64,000 bases of DNA from Cytophagaceae bacterium (GTDB taxonomy: Bacteria; Bacteroidota; Bacteroidia; Cytophagales; JAIYAX01). The position numbers were made by a program, and so were the translations under genes. Positions 35,739 to 44,855 of this stretch are shown piece after piece. Location: positions 531,379 through 595,378 of the forward strand of contig JAIYAX010000012.1 in NCBI GenBank assembly GCA_027488815.1, written 5' to 3'. Each line of letters starts with the position of its first letter. The first letter of the stretch is position 1. The notes beneath the pieces are model-generated. The model did no database searches and was not told where the DNA came from. It worked only from the letters and a program-made list of their open reading frames with translations.

Positions 35739-36517
35739 AAAAGTTAATTTTTTTAGCTTTTATTCTGTTTGGTATAGATTCTCATCTTCATGCTCAAACT
35801 TGGGATAGCCTTCAGGTAGATCAGAAGAGGAAGGATATCAAGAACAGGCAGACATTCCAAAATAGGCAGTCATTGGGCACAGGAAATGTTGATCCTGTTA
35901 AAACCGATGATCCCAACAGCTTAAATTATGACCCCAGCAAGCGAATAAATGAAGACCCTGATCAGATTTCACGAATTGAAAAAATAACCTGGAAAAGCTG
36001 GCTGATGAGTTCATTACATATTCAGCTGTTGCCTATTGTTGTTAGAGGTACTGAACTAACTTACGAGCTGAAAACCAGAAATTTGACTTCGTATGCATTA
36101 ACGGGAGGATACTACTTTAATGGCAGAAACACAGCATTTTCAAATGAAGGCTACTGGGAAGGATATCGATTTGAAGGTTCCTACAAAAAATTTAATAAGA
36201 GAATATTTAACTCAGGATACAGGTATATGACCTTTGGGGCTGGTTACAAATCTTATCGCAATGTGGAATTCAATTATTGGATCAATCAGCCCAATGTTGT
36301 TAAAACAGTCCAATTTGCTTCAGCAGCTTATCTTCATGGGGGTACAGGAACCAGGCAATACTTAAGACAAAATGTATTTTTAGATTTCTCTTTGAGTTTG
36401 CTTTTTGTTTCATCAATCAACGGCAGTCAGGCCAGATTTATCGAGACACCGATTGTTAACCGATATACCACGGGCTTCGCATTCAGAATGCTGTTCGCAA
36501 TCGGTATCGACTTTTAA
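35735..36517 (+). CDS. Small outer-membrane beta-barrel-like protein, function unknown
   Basis: It has a signal peptide (MKKLIFLAFILFGIDSHLHAQ), a Tyr/Gly-rich alternating strand pattern and a C-terminal ...FAIGIDF with a terminal Phe typical of OMPs. The GTG start overlaps the upstream TGA (GTGA). Confidence 0.55.
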   Translation: MKKLIFLAFILFGIDSHLHAQTWDSLQVDQKRKDIKNRQTFQNRQSLGTGNVDPVKTDDPNSLNYDPSKRINEDPDQISRIEKITWKSWLMSSLHIQLLPIVVRGTELTYELKTRNLTSYALTGGYYFNGRNTAFSNEGYWEGYRFEGSYKKFNKRIFNSGYRYMTFGAGYKSYRNVEFNYWINQPNVVKTVQFASAAYLHGGTGTRQYLRQNVFLDFSLSLLFVSSINGSQARFIETPIVNRYTTGFAFRMLFAIGIDF

Positions 36518-37191
36518 CGCTGAGTAGGAACGCCACCCATAGCAGCAGGATCAAACACTTTTACCGCATAGTTTGCCGGTAATTGAAAATGGGTTTCAGG
36601 CAAAGATTTCTTCTCCACCTGCATGGCCATGATTTCCATGCTCATATCACCCATGTTAGTTAAAACTTGTAAGGGCAAGCCATCAACTCCCTGGAATGAA
36701 AAAGAGCCAAAGCCTATTCCTGTGCTGTTACTTGCCTTGGGCAGTGCGAGGTCTTTCGTTGCCCATATGGTATAGGTTTGTGTTGCTGAGCCTTCTTTTT
36801 CTTTGAGCACATATTTAAGGCAGTTGTAACCTAAAATCATCTTTTTCTCAGCAGTCTTTTCTATGGTAATGTTTTCTTGCGGAGCAGAGGAAGTAGACTC
36901 AAGGCTAAAAACTGTCTTTTGGCCATGATTGATCAGGTAGCTTTTTTGCTGGGCACCAAGAAAAAGTAAGTCGCCGGTCATCATGGAAATACCACCTTCT
37001 GTTTTGATCAGGCTATTGTTTCCTTTGATCCAGATGGTATACGAAGTAGGCATCATGCCGGAAACTTTAGTGGCCTCCTTTCCTGATATTTTTACCGAGA
37101 AGCGGATCATTCCCTCATAGGAGCTCGTTGGCGATGAGTTGAATGAACAAAAAAGAAAAACGATCAGGATTGAAAAAGCTACATGCTTCAT
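36514..37191 (-). CDS. Secreted protein, DUF4412-like
   Basis: The internal Met at 37191 gives a signal peptide (MKHVAFSILIVFLFCSFNSS). The longer ORF to 37338 would overlap the upstream GT9 gene. The assignment of the body to DUF4412 is tentative. Confidence 0.5.
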   Translation of the reverse strand: MKHVAFSILIVFLFCSFNSSPTSSYEGMIRFSVKISGKEATKVSGMMPTSYTIWIKGNNSLIKTEGGISMMTGDLLFLGAQQKSYLINHGQKTVFSLESTSSAPQENITIEKTAEKKMILGYNCLKYVLKEKEGSATQTYTIWATKDLALPKASNSTGIGFGSFSFQGVDGLPLQVLTNMGDMSMEIMAMQVEKKSLPETHFQLPANYAVKVFDPAAMGGVPTQR

Positions 37192-37225
37192 GTATTTGAG
37201 ATTTATAGGTATTGACAAAGCTATT

Positions 37226-38254
37226 CTACGGAAGGTAGAATTCAAAGTTAAGATCACGCATACATTTAAAATGACCTTTAGGGCAAATTTTATATCCGAT
37301 TTTTGAACAGGGCCGACAGGAAATCCGGTTGTTTTCAAAAACTACAAATCTGGTTTCGTAAGGGTACATCCCGAATTTGGGGCTGGTATTACCCCAAATA
37401 GAATAAACCTGCTTTTTAAACGCCGCAGCCACATGCATCAATCCAGTATCGTGACTAAAAACCACCATCGATTGCTTAACCAATGAGGCTGACTGGTTAA
37501 AATTGAACTTGCCACAGCCATTAAAAATCTGTGTTTTTTTATTCAGTTCCTTAAGCCCCGGTTCATAATCAGCATGTTCCGGTGGCCTATCAAAAAAGCG
37601 AACTATCGTTTCAGCCATTTCTGCTTCATCAGGCCCCCCAAGCAAAACGATGGGTTTATTAATCTTGTCGCAGAGTTCGATCAGTTTCTCTTTTGGTAAT
37701 TTCTTTGTCCCATGCTGTGCCCCAATCACAACGGCTACAAAAGATTTTTGATGGCTTTCCGGTAGCCAGGCTCTTTCTACCTGATCTCTGTCCGGAATAA
37801 AATAATCCAACCCATTGCCATCATTCTTTACACCCAATGCTTCAACGGTTTGCATGTAGCGATCAACGATATGCTTATTTGGCATCCGATCGATTTTGAA
37901 GTGGACATAAAGAAATTTCTCAATGTTCAGCTTGGGGAAGGAGTAGGAAACCGCCCCCAGTAAGATCTTGAGGCATAATGTTCTCAGGTTGTGATGTAGG
38001 TCAATCACTACATCAAACCGCTCTTTTCTTAACGCTAATGCTAAATTCCACAAACTTCCCTCCAATGTCCAGATACGATCCACATAAGGATTCTCCTCCA
38101 GGAGAAAGGAAAACTGAGATTTGGTGCAATAGTGAATTTCTGATGCAGGAAGCTGATGTTTCAAACATCTCAGTACAGGAGTTGTCAGAACTATATCGCC
38201 TATCGACGAAAAACGCAAAATAAGTATTTTTCTTGGTGCTTTAGGACTTGCCAT
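37226..38254 (-). CDS. Glycosyltransferase family 9 (heptosyltransferase-like), second copy
   Basis: It has the GT9 N-terminus ILILRFSSIGDIVLTTPVLRCLK, the motif HDTGLMHVAAA and a C-terminal CRPCSKIGYKICPKGHFKC cluster. Confidence 0.8.
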   Translation of the reverse strand: MASPKAPRKILILRFSSIGDIVLTTPVLRCLKHQLPASEIHYCTKSQFSFLLEENPYVDRIWTLEGSLWNLALALRKERFDVVIDLHHNLRTLCLKILLGAVSYSFPKLNIEKFLYVHFKIDRMPNKHIVDRYMQTVEALGVKNDGNGLDYFIPDRDQVERAWLPESHQKSFVAVVIGAQHGTKKLPKEKLIELCDKINKPIVLLGGPDEAEMAETIVRFFDRPPEHADYEPGLKELNKKTQIFNGCGKFNFNQSASLVKQSMVVFSHDTGLMHVAAAFKKQVYSIWGNTSPKFGMYPYETRFVVFENNRISCRPCSKIGYKICPKGHFKCMRDLNFEFYLP

Positions 38255-39956
38255 GTCGGGATTTAAAGTAAGCAGCTACTTCCTCAAGGGTTTTGGTATT
38301 GAAAACCAGGTCCTTTGGGAAACAAGCCTTTTTGGCGCAATAATATCCATAAACCATGTTTTGAAGTCCGGCAGTTTCATGAGCGTCAGGATTGATACTG
38401 ATCATCAATCCCTTTTGCTCAACTTTATCCAGATACCTCCAGTCTATATCGAGACGCCAGGGGTCGGCATTAAGTTCAACGATCACTCCATTTGCCACAC
38501 AGGCATCCAGCACTTTATCGACATGCAAGGGGTATCCTTCTCTTCTGAGCAATAACCGGCCAGTCATGTGTCCCAAAAGTGTTGTGTAGGGGTTTTCAAT
38601 CGCTTTTATCAACCTCGCTGTCGCTTTTTCAATATCCATTCGCAAATTTGAATGGATGGAAGCAACGACATAGTCAAATTCCTTAAGCATATCTTCAGCA
38701 TAGTCGAGACTTCCGTCTGCAAGAATATCGGACTCAATACCTTTAAAAATTTTAAAATCTGAATAGGCCGTATTGAGTTGGTCAATTTCGGCCCACTGTT
38801 GCATTACCCTGTTTTCGTCCAGTCCTCTGGCATAGAATGCACTTTTTGAATGGTCAGCAATCCCAAAATACTGCATTCCCAAAGCCCGACAGGCCTCGGC
38901 CATAGCTTGAACTGTGTCAGCCCCATCACTGTAGGTGGAGTGGTTATGAATGATCCCCTTCAGATCACCATAGGCGATACTGCGATCCAGAGTGCCTTTC
39001 TGATGCTTCTCAAATTCCGCAAATCCCTCCCTGCATTCAGGTTCAAAACAAGGCAGCCCAAGAGCAGCGTAAACTTCTTCCTCACGCTCATAGGCTTTTG
39101 AAAGAACCTTGGTCCTGATTGATCCCGATGGCAATGCATGGTAAATATGTGCTTCAGAGCCTGTATTCAGGCAGGCATCACTGCCCCAGCGGCTGGCATT
39201 TGAAATCTGTAGCTCCAGTTGCTGCCCTGTACTGAGGTTGAAGCGATGATTTCTAGGGCCGCTTTGCTCATGTTGATAGTGTACTTTTAAGAAATCGGCC
39301 AGCTTGGGAGCTGAATAACTTTTGGAAGGCAATACCTGTAAAGCTAATGCGTCCATCACTTCTGATTTTCGACGTAGTGGTCCACTGGGTTCAATTCTGT
39401 CAAAAAAATCAGTTTTGTTGAGCTCAGCTGTCAGCCTTTTGGCCAGTTGTTCCGCATCGGCATAGAGCAACCATGAGCTGAATGCTGACTTTTCCTCAAT
39501 GGCTTTTAGTATGGCCTCTTCCGTTTTGGGCCCAAACCCTTTCACGGAAGCGATCTTATGCGATTTGCAGGCATCGAGAAGTTCATCAATTCCTGTGATC
39601 TGAAGCTCTTTCCAAAGTACTTTGACCTTTTTTGGTCCTAGTCCTTTTAGTTCCAACATAGTCACTACCCCGGCCGGAGTTTGTGCAATCAGGCTTTCAT
39701 AGGGGCTAAATGTTCCTGATTGAAACCACTGGGTCAATTCTTTAGCCAGACTTTTTCCAATGCCATTGACTGCCTGAAGTTCGGATTCGCCGAGGTCAAA
39801 TGCGGTAGCTTCCATTCGCTCAATGCTAAAAGCAGCTGACTGATATGCCCTGACTTTAAAGGAGTTTTCTTCATGAAGGTCCATGAGATCAGCAGTGAGC
39901 TTTAAATAGTTACTCACATCCCTGTTGCTCATCCCGGTAATTACCGCTTTTTGCAT
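38241..39956 (-). CDS. DNA polymerase X family protein with C-terminal PHP phosphoesterase domain (PolX)
   Basis: It has N-terminal Pol-beta-like helix-hairpin-helix segments (VNGIGKSLAKEL, LKGLGPKKVKVL, VKGFGPKTEEAI) and a PHP domain (IIHNHSTYSDGA ... SINPDAH). The start is ambiguous among the TTG at 39968, the ATG at 39956 and the ATG at 39932. Confidence 0.85.
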   Translation of the reverse strand: MQKAVITGMSNRDVSNYLKLTADLMDLHEENSFKVRAYQSAAFSIERMEATAFDLGESELQAVNGIGKSLAKELTQWFQSGTFSPYESLIAQTPAGVVTMLELKGLGPKKVKVLWKELQITGIDELLDACKSHKIASVKGFGPKTEEAILKAIEEKSAFSSWLLYADAEQLAKRLTAELNKTDFFDRIEPSGPLRRKSEVMDALALQVLPSKSYSAPKLADFLKVHYQHEQSGPRNHRFNLSTGQQLELQISNASRWGSDACLNTGSEAHIYHALPSGSIRTKVLSKAYEREEEVYAALGLPCFEPECREGFAEFEKHQKGTLDRSIAYGDLKGIIHNHSTYSDGADTVQAMAEACRALGMQYFGIADHSKSAFYARGLDENRVMQQWAEIDQLNTAYSDFKIFKGIESDILADGSLDYAEDMLKEFDYVVASIHSNLRMDIEKATARLIKAIENPYTTLLGHMTGRLLLRREGYPLHVDKVLDACVANGVIVELNADPWRLDIDWRYLDKVEQKGLMISINPDAHETAGLQNMVYGYYCAKKACFPKDLVFNTKTLEEVAAYFKSRHGKS

Positions 39957-39997
39957 GATATTTGACAATTGCGATTAGACAACGAAACCATCACCCA

Positions 39998-40417
39998 ATG
40001 TTAATGAAAATAAGCGCTAAGACATGGTTCATTTTTTTGTCTTTCACTGCATTGATGGCATGCCGTAGTACTCAGGTTCAGGGAAATCAGACAGAATCAA
40101 AGCAAAAAGCTGAATTTCAATTCAAAGGAGTATGGATAAAAAGCCAGGAAGAGAACTCAGGCGATGGAGTCTATGTTTACAGAAGGCCCAACTATCCTTT
40201 TCCTCCTTCAAGAGGAAGGGAACGATATGAATTTGAAGGAGAGAAAGTGACCTATTACAAAATTGCACCTACAGATGGGCTTGATCAAATTTTCGGTAAA
40301 TGGACTTTTTCATCGCAGAAAGACGAATTATATTTGACTTTTGATAATGGTTTAAAGATGGTATTCCGGATACTTAGCCAAACAGAAGATCGAATGCTCC
40401 TCAAACTAGTACCTTGA
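39998..40417 (+). CDS. Small lipoprotein, function unknown
   Basis: The Met at 39998 gives a lipoprotein signal MLMKISAKTWFIFLSFTALMAC. The mature part is beta-rich. Confidence 0.55.
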   Translation: MLMKISAKTWFIFLSFTALMACRSTQVQGNQTESKQKAEFQFKGVWIKSQEENSGDGVYVYRRPNYPFPPSRGRERYEFEGEKVTYYKIAPTDGLDQIFGKWTFSSQKDELYLTFDNGLKMVFRILSQTEDRMLLKLVP

Positions 40418-40418
40418 A

Positions 40419-40832
40419 ATGAACTACTGGTTAATAAAGTCAGAGCCATCCGTCTACCCTTTTCATAACCTCTTGAACGAAAAGAGTACCCAGTGGGATG
40501 GGATAAGGAATTTTCAGGCTAGAAATAACCTGGCATTGATGAAAACCGGAGATTTATGTCTCTACTATCATTCCAATGGGGAGCGGGCTGTAGTTGGGCT
40601 GGCCAAAGTGTCTTCGGAAGCATTTCCCGATCCTACAGCTACCGACCCACGCTGGCTGGCAGTGCGTGTGGCTGCCGTTTCAGAATTACAGCAGCCGATA
40701 TCACTTTCAACGATAAAACAAGATCCTATCCTTCAACACATGGAGTTGGTACGGCAGTCAAGGCTGTCCGTATGCCCTGTACGACCGGAGGAATTTGATC
40801 GTGTCATAGAACTTTCAGGAACCCAGTTTTAA
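40419..40832 (+). CDS. EVE domain-containing protein (PUA-like fold)
   Basis: The segment MNYWLIKSEPSVYPF......W.GIRNFQARNNLALMKTGDLCLYYHS matches the EVE domain N-terminal signature. Confidence 0.8.
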   Translation: MNYWLIKSEPSVYPFHNLLNEKSTQWDGIRNFQARNNLALMKTGDLCLYYHSNGERAVVGLAKVSSEAFPDPTATDPRWLAVRVAAVSELQQPISLSTIKQDPILQHMELVRQSRLSVCPVRPEEFDRVIELSGTQF

Positions 40833-40850
40833 TTTAAGATCAACTAAACT

Positions 40851-41840
40851 ATGCTTGCACTACGTTCACTTTACTTATCGTTTATCGGTTGTTTAATCTT
40901 TTTGCAGCCTGCTTTTGCAAAAAGAGAGGTGCCAACTTATCTGTTTGCTAATAATGCACGACCGGCAGTTATCATTCAACTAGGTGAAAACCCAAGCGAG
41001 CTGAGCCGTAGCCTTTATCAGATCGTGCTGGAGCAGGTAAAAACTCAGCTGAATACATTGGGCATCAAGCCTCTCAGCTACCATAACATCGAATTGAAAA
41101 ATGACTTTTGGTTTTCCAATTTGAATAAGGAGTTGCAGGAAGACAAGGTCAATTACCTAATCGTACTCACTGCCCGCAGGCTACCCCCAAGTGCCAGCCA
41201 ATTCAAAAAACTGAAAGCCTATAGCGAGGCCTCGCTGCACATCGGTTTGTATACCCACGACTTTACCTATTCTACTGTAAGAGAAGGCTCTTACGTGCTG
41301 GATGAAAACGGCAATTTTGAAGAAATGATGGAGCTTTTTGCCAAAGAAGTAAACGACATAAAAAAGAAGGAGCCCTTGTATTTTGAGACTGAAATGTACA
41401 TTCCTGAGTTTCATCCTGTGGCAAAAAACAGAGGGAGTATCTATGCTGACCTCCCTAAAGAATTGAGTAAAGAAAAATTCATGTTCATCAAGCTGGATAG
41501 ATTCGATACACCTGACTGGGCAGAACACAACAAGAAGAATCTGGACATCATGAATAAGAATTTCACCCTGCCTTATGTGGAAATCAGAAAAAATCAGATA
41601 GACGAATACAAAAACCAGGGCTATCGGTACCTGATTGAGCCATTCAATGAGGTGGTTTTTGGTGATGACGGAAAAGGCAACAAAGGCTTTACCACCTTTT
41701 ATTATTACTATCTCCGGGACAGTAAGAATGATGACAAGTTCAATATAAGCAACAACGGATACCCCAGCCTGGACGAAGCCCTTGACAGCTTCATCAGATC
41801 AGTCAATGCCTCAATAGCTGCACCTGCCAAGAAACCCTGA
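40851..41840 (+). CDS. Secreted hypothetical protein (329 aa)
   Basis: It has a signal peptide (MLALRSLYLSFIGCLIFLQPAFA). I recognised no motif. Confidence 0.6.
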   Translation: MLALRSLYLSFIGCLIFLQPAFAKREVPTYLFANNARPAVIIQLGENPSELSRSLYQIVLEQVKTQLNTLGIKPLSYHNIELKNDFWFSNLNKELQEDKVNYLIVLTARRLPPSASQFKKLKAYSEASLHIGLYTHDFTYSTVREGSYVLDENGNFEEMMELFAKEVNDIKKKEPLYFETEMYIPEFHPVAKNRGSIYADLPKELSKEKFMFIKLDRFDTPDWAEHNKKNLDIMNKNFTLPYVEIRKNQIDEYKNQGYRYLIEPFNEVVFGDDGKGNKGFTTFYYYYLRDSKNDDKFNISNNGYPSLDEALDSFIRSVNASIAAPAKKP

Positions 41841-41883
41841 TCTGGCATATTAGCTTGCATCTTCTATCTTTGGCGCTTGGAGT

Positions 41884-42429
41884 ATGTCCAGGCGATTAAT
41901 TTTAGACCCACCAAGGTTACACCTTACCCTTCAGCGGCTTTGCAGGCAGTTGATTGAAAACTATGGGGATTTTCAGGATACGGTTTTTGTAGGCTTGCAG
42001 CCCAGAGGGATATATCTTGCTGACCGACTGGTAAGTTCTCTCGCTGAACTTCAGAATCAACTCCCTCCAGTAGGTCATTTAGACATCACTTTTTTTCGTG
42101 ATGACTTCAGGCGCAGACAAGAGCCACTCAAAGCCAATGAAACCCGTATGCCCTTTATCATTGAAAATAAACGGGTGGTACTTATTGATGATGTATTGTT
42201 TACTGGGCGTTCCGTGAGGGCTGCTCTTGACGCCATGGCTGCCTATGGTCGGCCAGTTTCCGTCGAGTTGTTGGTGTTGGTAGATCGCATGCACACCCGG
42301 GAGTTACCCATTGAAGCCAGCTACACGGGCATTAAAGTGAATACCATTGCCTCCCAAAGGGTACTGGTGGAATGGGAAGAGAATCAGGGCCAGGTATGGC
42401 TATTGGATCAAACGGACAAGAAAAGCTGA
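41884..42429 (+). CDS. pyrR: Bifunctional pyr operon regulator / uracil phosphoribosyltransferase PyrR
   Basis: It has the PRPP-binding loop VVLIDDVLFTGRSVRAAL and the PyrR-type N-terminus, and its size fits the family. Confidence 0.9.
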   Translation: MSRRLILDPPRLHLTLQRLCRQLIENYGDFQDTVFVGLQPRGIYLADRLVSSLAELQNQLPPVGHLDITFFRDDFRRRQEPLKANETRMPFIIENKRVVLIDDVLFTGRSVRAALDAMAAYGRPVSVELLVLVDRMHTRELPIEASYTGIKVNTIASQRVLVEWEENQGQVWLLDQTDKKS

Positions 42430-43352
42430 TGTCAAAATTAAGTGTTAAACATCTGTTGGGGATAAAAGACCTTCTTCCGGAGGACATCCAACTCATTTTT
42501 GATACATCATCCACCTTTAAAGAAGTCATCAATCGTCCCATTAAAAAAGTGCCATCTCTAAGAGATATTACGGTGGCCAATATGTTTTTTGAGAACTCTA
42601 CCCGCACGAGGCTTTCGTTTGAACTGGCGGAGAAGAGGCTTTCCGCAGATGTCATCAACTTTTCTTCTTCAAACAGCAGTGTCAAAAAAGGGGAGACCTT
42701 ACTCGACACGGTCAACAATGTACTGGCCATGAAGGTGGATATGGTTGTCGTTCGACATTCCAGTCCGGGGGCACCTCATTTTCTGGCAGCACGTACCAAA
42801 GCCAATATCATCAACGCAGGTGATGGCACCCACGAGCATCCAACACAAGCTTTGCTGGATGCATTTACCATCCTACAAAAGTATGGAAGCCTCAAAGGAG
42901 TAAAGGTGGCGATCATAGGAGATATCCTGCACAGTCGGGTAGCATTATCGAATATCTTTTTGTTGAAGAAAATGGGAGCGGAGGTGATGGTCTGTGGTCC
43001 AAACACCCTGATCCCAAGACATATAGAAAGTCTGGGTGTTAAAAAAGAATTAAGTGTAAAAGTAGCCCTTAACTGGTGTGATGTTGCCAATGTGCTTCGC
43101 ATTCAATTGGAGCGACAGGATACCAGGTACTTCCCTTCTTTAAGAGAGTACACCCAGTTTTTCGGGATTAACAAAGCCATGTTGGACTCCCTTGACAAAA
43201 GAATCATGGTAATGCATCCCGGGCCGATCAACAGAGGAGTGGAATTGAGTTCCGACGCCGCTGACAGCAGTCAAAGCGTTATTTTAGAGCAGGTTGAAAA
43301 CGGAGTAGCGGTTCGAATGGCTGTGTTATATCTCCTCGCCGGCAACAACTAA
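42429..43352 (+). CDS. pyrB: Aspartate carbamoyltransferase catalytic subunit
   Basis: It has the motifs FFENSTRTRLSFELA, HPTQALLD and HPGP. The ATG at 42429 overlaps the pyrR TGA (TGATG). Confidence 0.93.
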   Translation: MSKLSVKHLLGIKDLLPEDIQLIFDTSSTFKEVINRPIKKVPSLRDITVANMFFENSTRTRLSFELAEKRLSADVINFSSSNSSVKKGETLLDTVNNVLAMKVDMVVVRHSSPGAPHFLAARTKANIINAGDGTHEHPTQALLDAFTILQKYGSLKGVKVAIIGDILHSRVALSNIFLLKKMGAEVMVCGPNTLIPRHIESLGVKKELSVKVALNWCDVANVLRIQLERQDTRYFPSLREYTQFFGINKAMLDSLDKRIMVMHPGPINRGVELSSDAADSSQSVILEQVENGVAVRMAVLYLLAGNN

Positions 43353-43435
43353 AATCCTGTAAATCAGGTTTTCATCAATTTTTGAGCTGCCTGCTCCGGC
43401 CTAATTACTATCTTGCAACTCAAATCTCCCCCAAC

Positions 43436-44809
43436 ATGAAAGTGTATCAATCGATCATCGAAACCATAGGCAACACACCTATGATCAGGATCAATAGACT
43501 GTCAAAAGGCATCAAGGGCACCGTCCTTGCCAAAGTTGAGTATTTCAATCCGGGTAACTCGATGAAAGACCGCATGGCCATCAAGATGGTGGAAGATGCT
43601 GAAAAGGCAGGTATACTTAAGCCAGGGGGGACGATCATTGAAGGTACTTCCGGAAACACTGGGATGGGTCTTGCGTTGGCAGCGGTCGCTAAAGGCTACA
43701 AGTGCATTTTCACCATGAGCGATAAGCAGTCCAAAGAAAAAATAGATATTCTAAGGGCGATGGGAGCCGAGGTAGTGGTTTGCCCGACCAATGTGGAGCC
43801 AGATGATCCTCGTTCATACTACTCCGTAGCCAGAAAGCTGAATTCCGAAATCCCTAACTCATTTTACCCAAATCAGTACGATAACCTCAGCAATACACAG
43901 GCACATTACGAAACCACCGGTCCCGAAATCTGGGATCAGACGGATGGTAAAGTGACGCATTATGCAGCAGGAGTGGGCACAGGAGGATCCATGTGCGGCA
44001 CTGCAAAATATTTGAAAGAGCAAAATCCCTCCTTGATCAGTGTTGGCATTGACACCTATGGATCGGTCTTCAAAAAATTAAAGGAAACGGGCATTTTCGA
44101 CGAAAACGAAATCTATCCGTACCTGACAGAAGGAATAGGAGAGGACATTCTCCCGAAAAATGTCGATATGGATATGATCGACCATTTTGTAAAAGTGACC
44201 GATAAAGACGGAGCCATCATGACCCGCAGGCTTGCCCGTGAGGAAGGCTTGTTCGTAGGCTGGAGCTGCGGCTCTGCCATGCATGGAGCTCTGGAGTATG
44301 CACGTGAAAACCTCAAAGAAGGCGATGTAATGGTGGTGATCCTGCCTGACCATGGCACACGCTACATCGGTAAAATCTACAACGATGACTGGATGAGAGA
44401 GCGAGGGTTTTTGGAAGACAAGGAGTTTGATACAGCAAGGGATATCATCGGCCGTAGAAAAAGCTATGAAATTTTGGTGACCGTTCAAAAAGAGGATACC
44501 CTGGGTACAGCCATCAAGAAAATGTCGGAAAAGGGAATTTCGCAAATCCCTGTAGCCGAAAACGGGCATTTTGTTGGAAGTCTGTCTGACTCGTATCTCT
44601 TGCGTTGCATCATCCAGGACCCAACAGCCAAAGACAAGCCGGTAGCGGAGTATATGGAAAAACCCTTCCCATTTGTAGGCCTTGACAATACCGCTGATGT
44701 ACTTTCTTCAGCCTTGAGCAAAGACTACAAAGCTGTGTTGGTGCGTGATGATCACAACAAAGTCCACATCATCACACAGGCTGACCTGGTGGCAGCGATT
44801 GCGAGGTAA
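43436..44809 (+). CDS. PLP-dependent cystathionine beta-synthase / cysteine synthase fused to a C-terminal CBS-domain pair
   Basis: It has the motifs IGNTPMIRI and the PLP-Lys context NPGNSMKDRMA, plus GTSGNTG. The C-terminal ~130 aa form two CBS repeats. The ATG at 43436 is preferred. Confidence 0.85.
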   Translation: MKVYQSIIETIGNTPMIRINRLSKGIKGTVLAKVEYFNPGNSMKDRMAIKMVEDAEKAGILKPGGTIIEGTSGNTGMGLALAAVAKGYKCIFTMSDKQSKEKIDILRAMGAEVVVCPTNVEPDDPRSYYSVARKLNSEIPNSFYPNQYDNLSNTQAHYETTGPEIWDQTDGKVTHYAAGVGTGGSMCGTAKYLKEQNPSLISVGIDTYGSVFKKLKETGIFDENEIYPYLTEGIGEDILPKNVDMDMIDHFVKVTDKDGAIMTRRLAREEGLFVGWSCGSAMHGALEYARENLKEGDVMVVILPDHGTRYIGKIYNDDWMRERGFLEDKEFDTARDIIGRRKSYEILVTVQKEDTLGTAIKKMSEKGISQIPVAENGHFVGSLSDSYLLRCIIQDPTAKDKPVAEYMEKPFPFVGLDNTADVLSSALSKDYKAVLVRDDHNKVHIITQADLVAAIAR

Positions 44810-44855
44810 ATTAATTTGAGCTTAAAGCGGAAATGTAAAGCAGGCTACTAAGTCC

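Noticed and set aside
37192-37338. The long form of the ORF 36514..37338, which overlaps the 3' end of the GT9 gene
   Set aside because: The internal Met at 37191 yields a clean signal peptide and removes the 113-nt overlap, so the extension looks like read-through of an open frame.
41841-41883. A PyrR-binding attenuator or leader upstream of pyrR-pyrB
   Set aside because: The upstream gap is only 43 nt, with no terminator/antiterminator hairpins visible.
43353-43435. A terminator or riboswitch between pyrB and the CBS-domain cysteine/cystathionine synthase gene
   Set aside because: There is only a 4-bp stem (cctg/cagg) before a short T-run, and I recognised no conserved riboswitch core.
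44078-44569. Long antisense or alternate-frame ORFs inside well-supported genes (e.g. 44078..44569, 19219..19644, 42332..42730, 6362..6721, 7034..7366, 49984..50361, 61970..62314, 8266..8589, 8394..8738, 41181..41528)
   Set aside because: Each lies fully within a gene that has strong family motifs on the other strand or frame. Their translations are low-complexity or shadow-like with no recognisable motif. I treat them as frame shadows.
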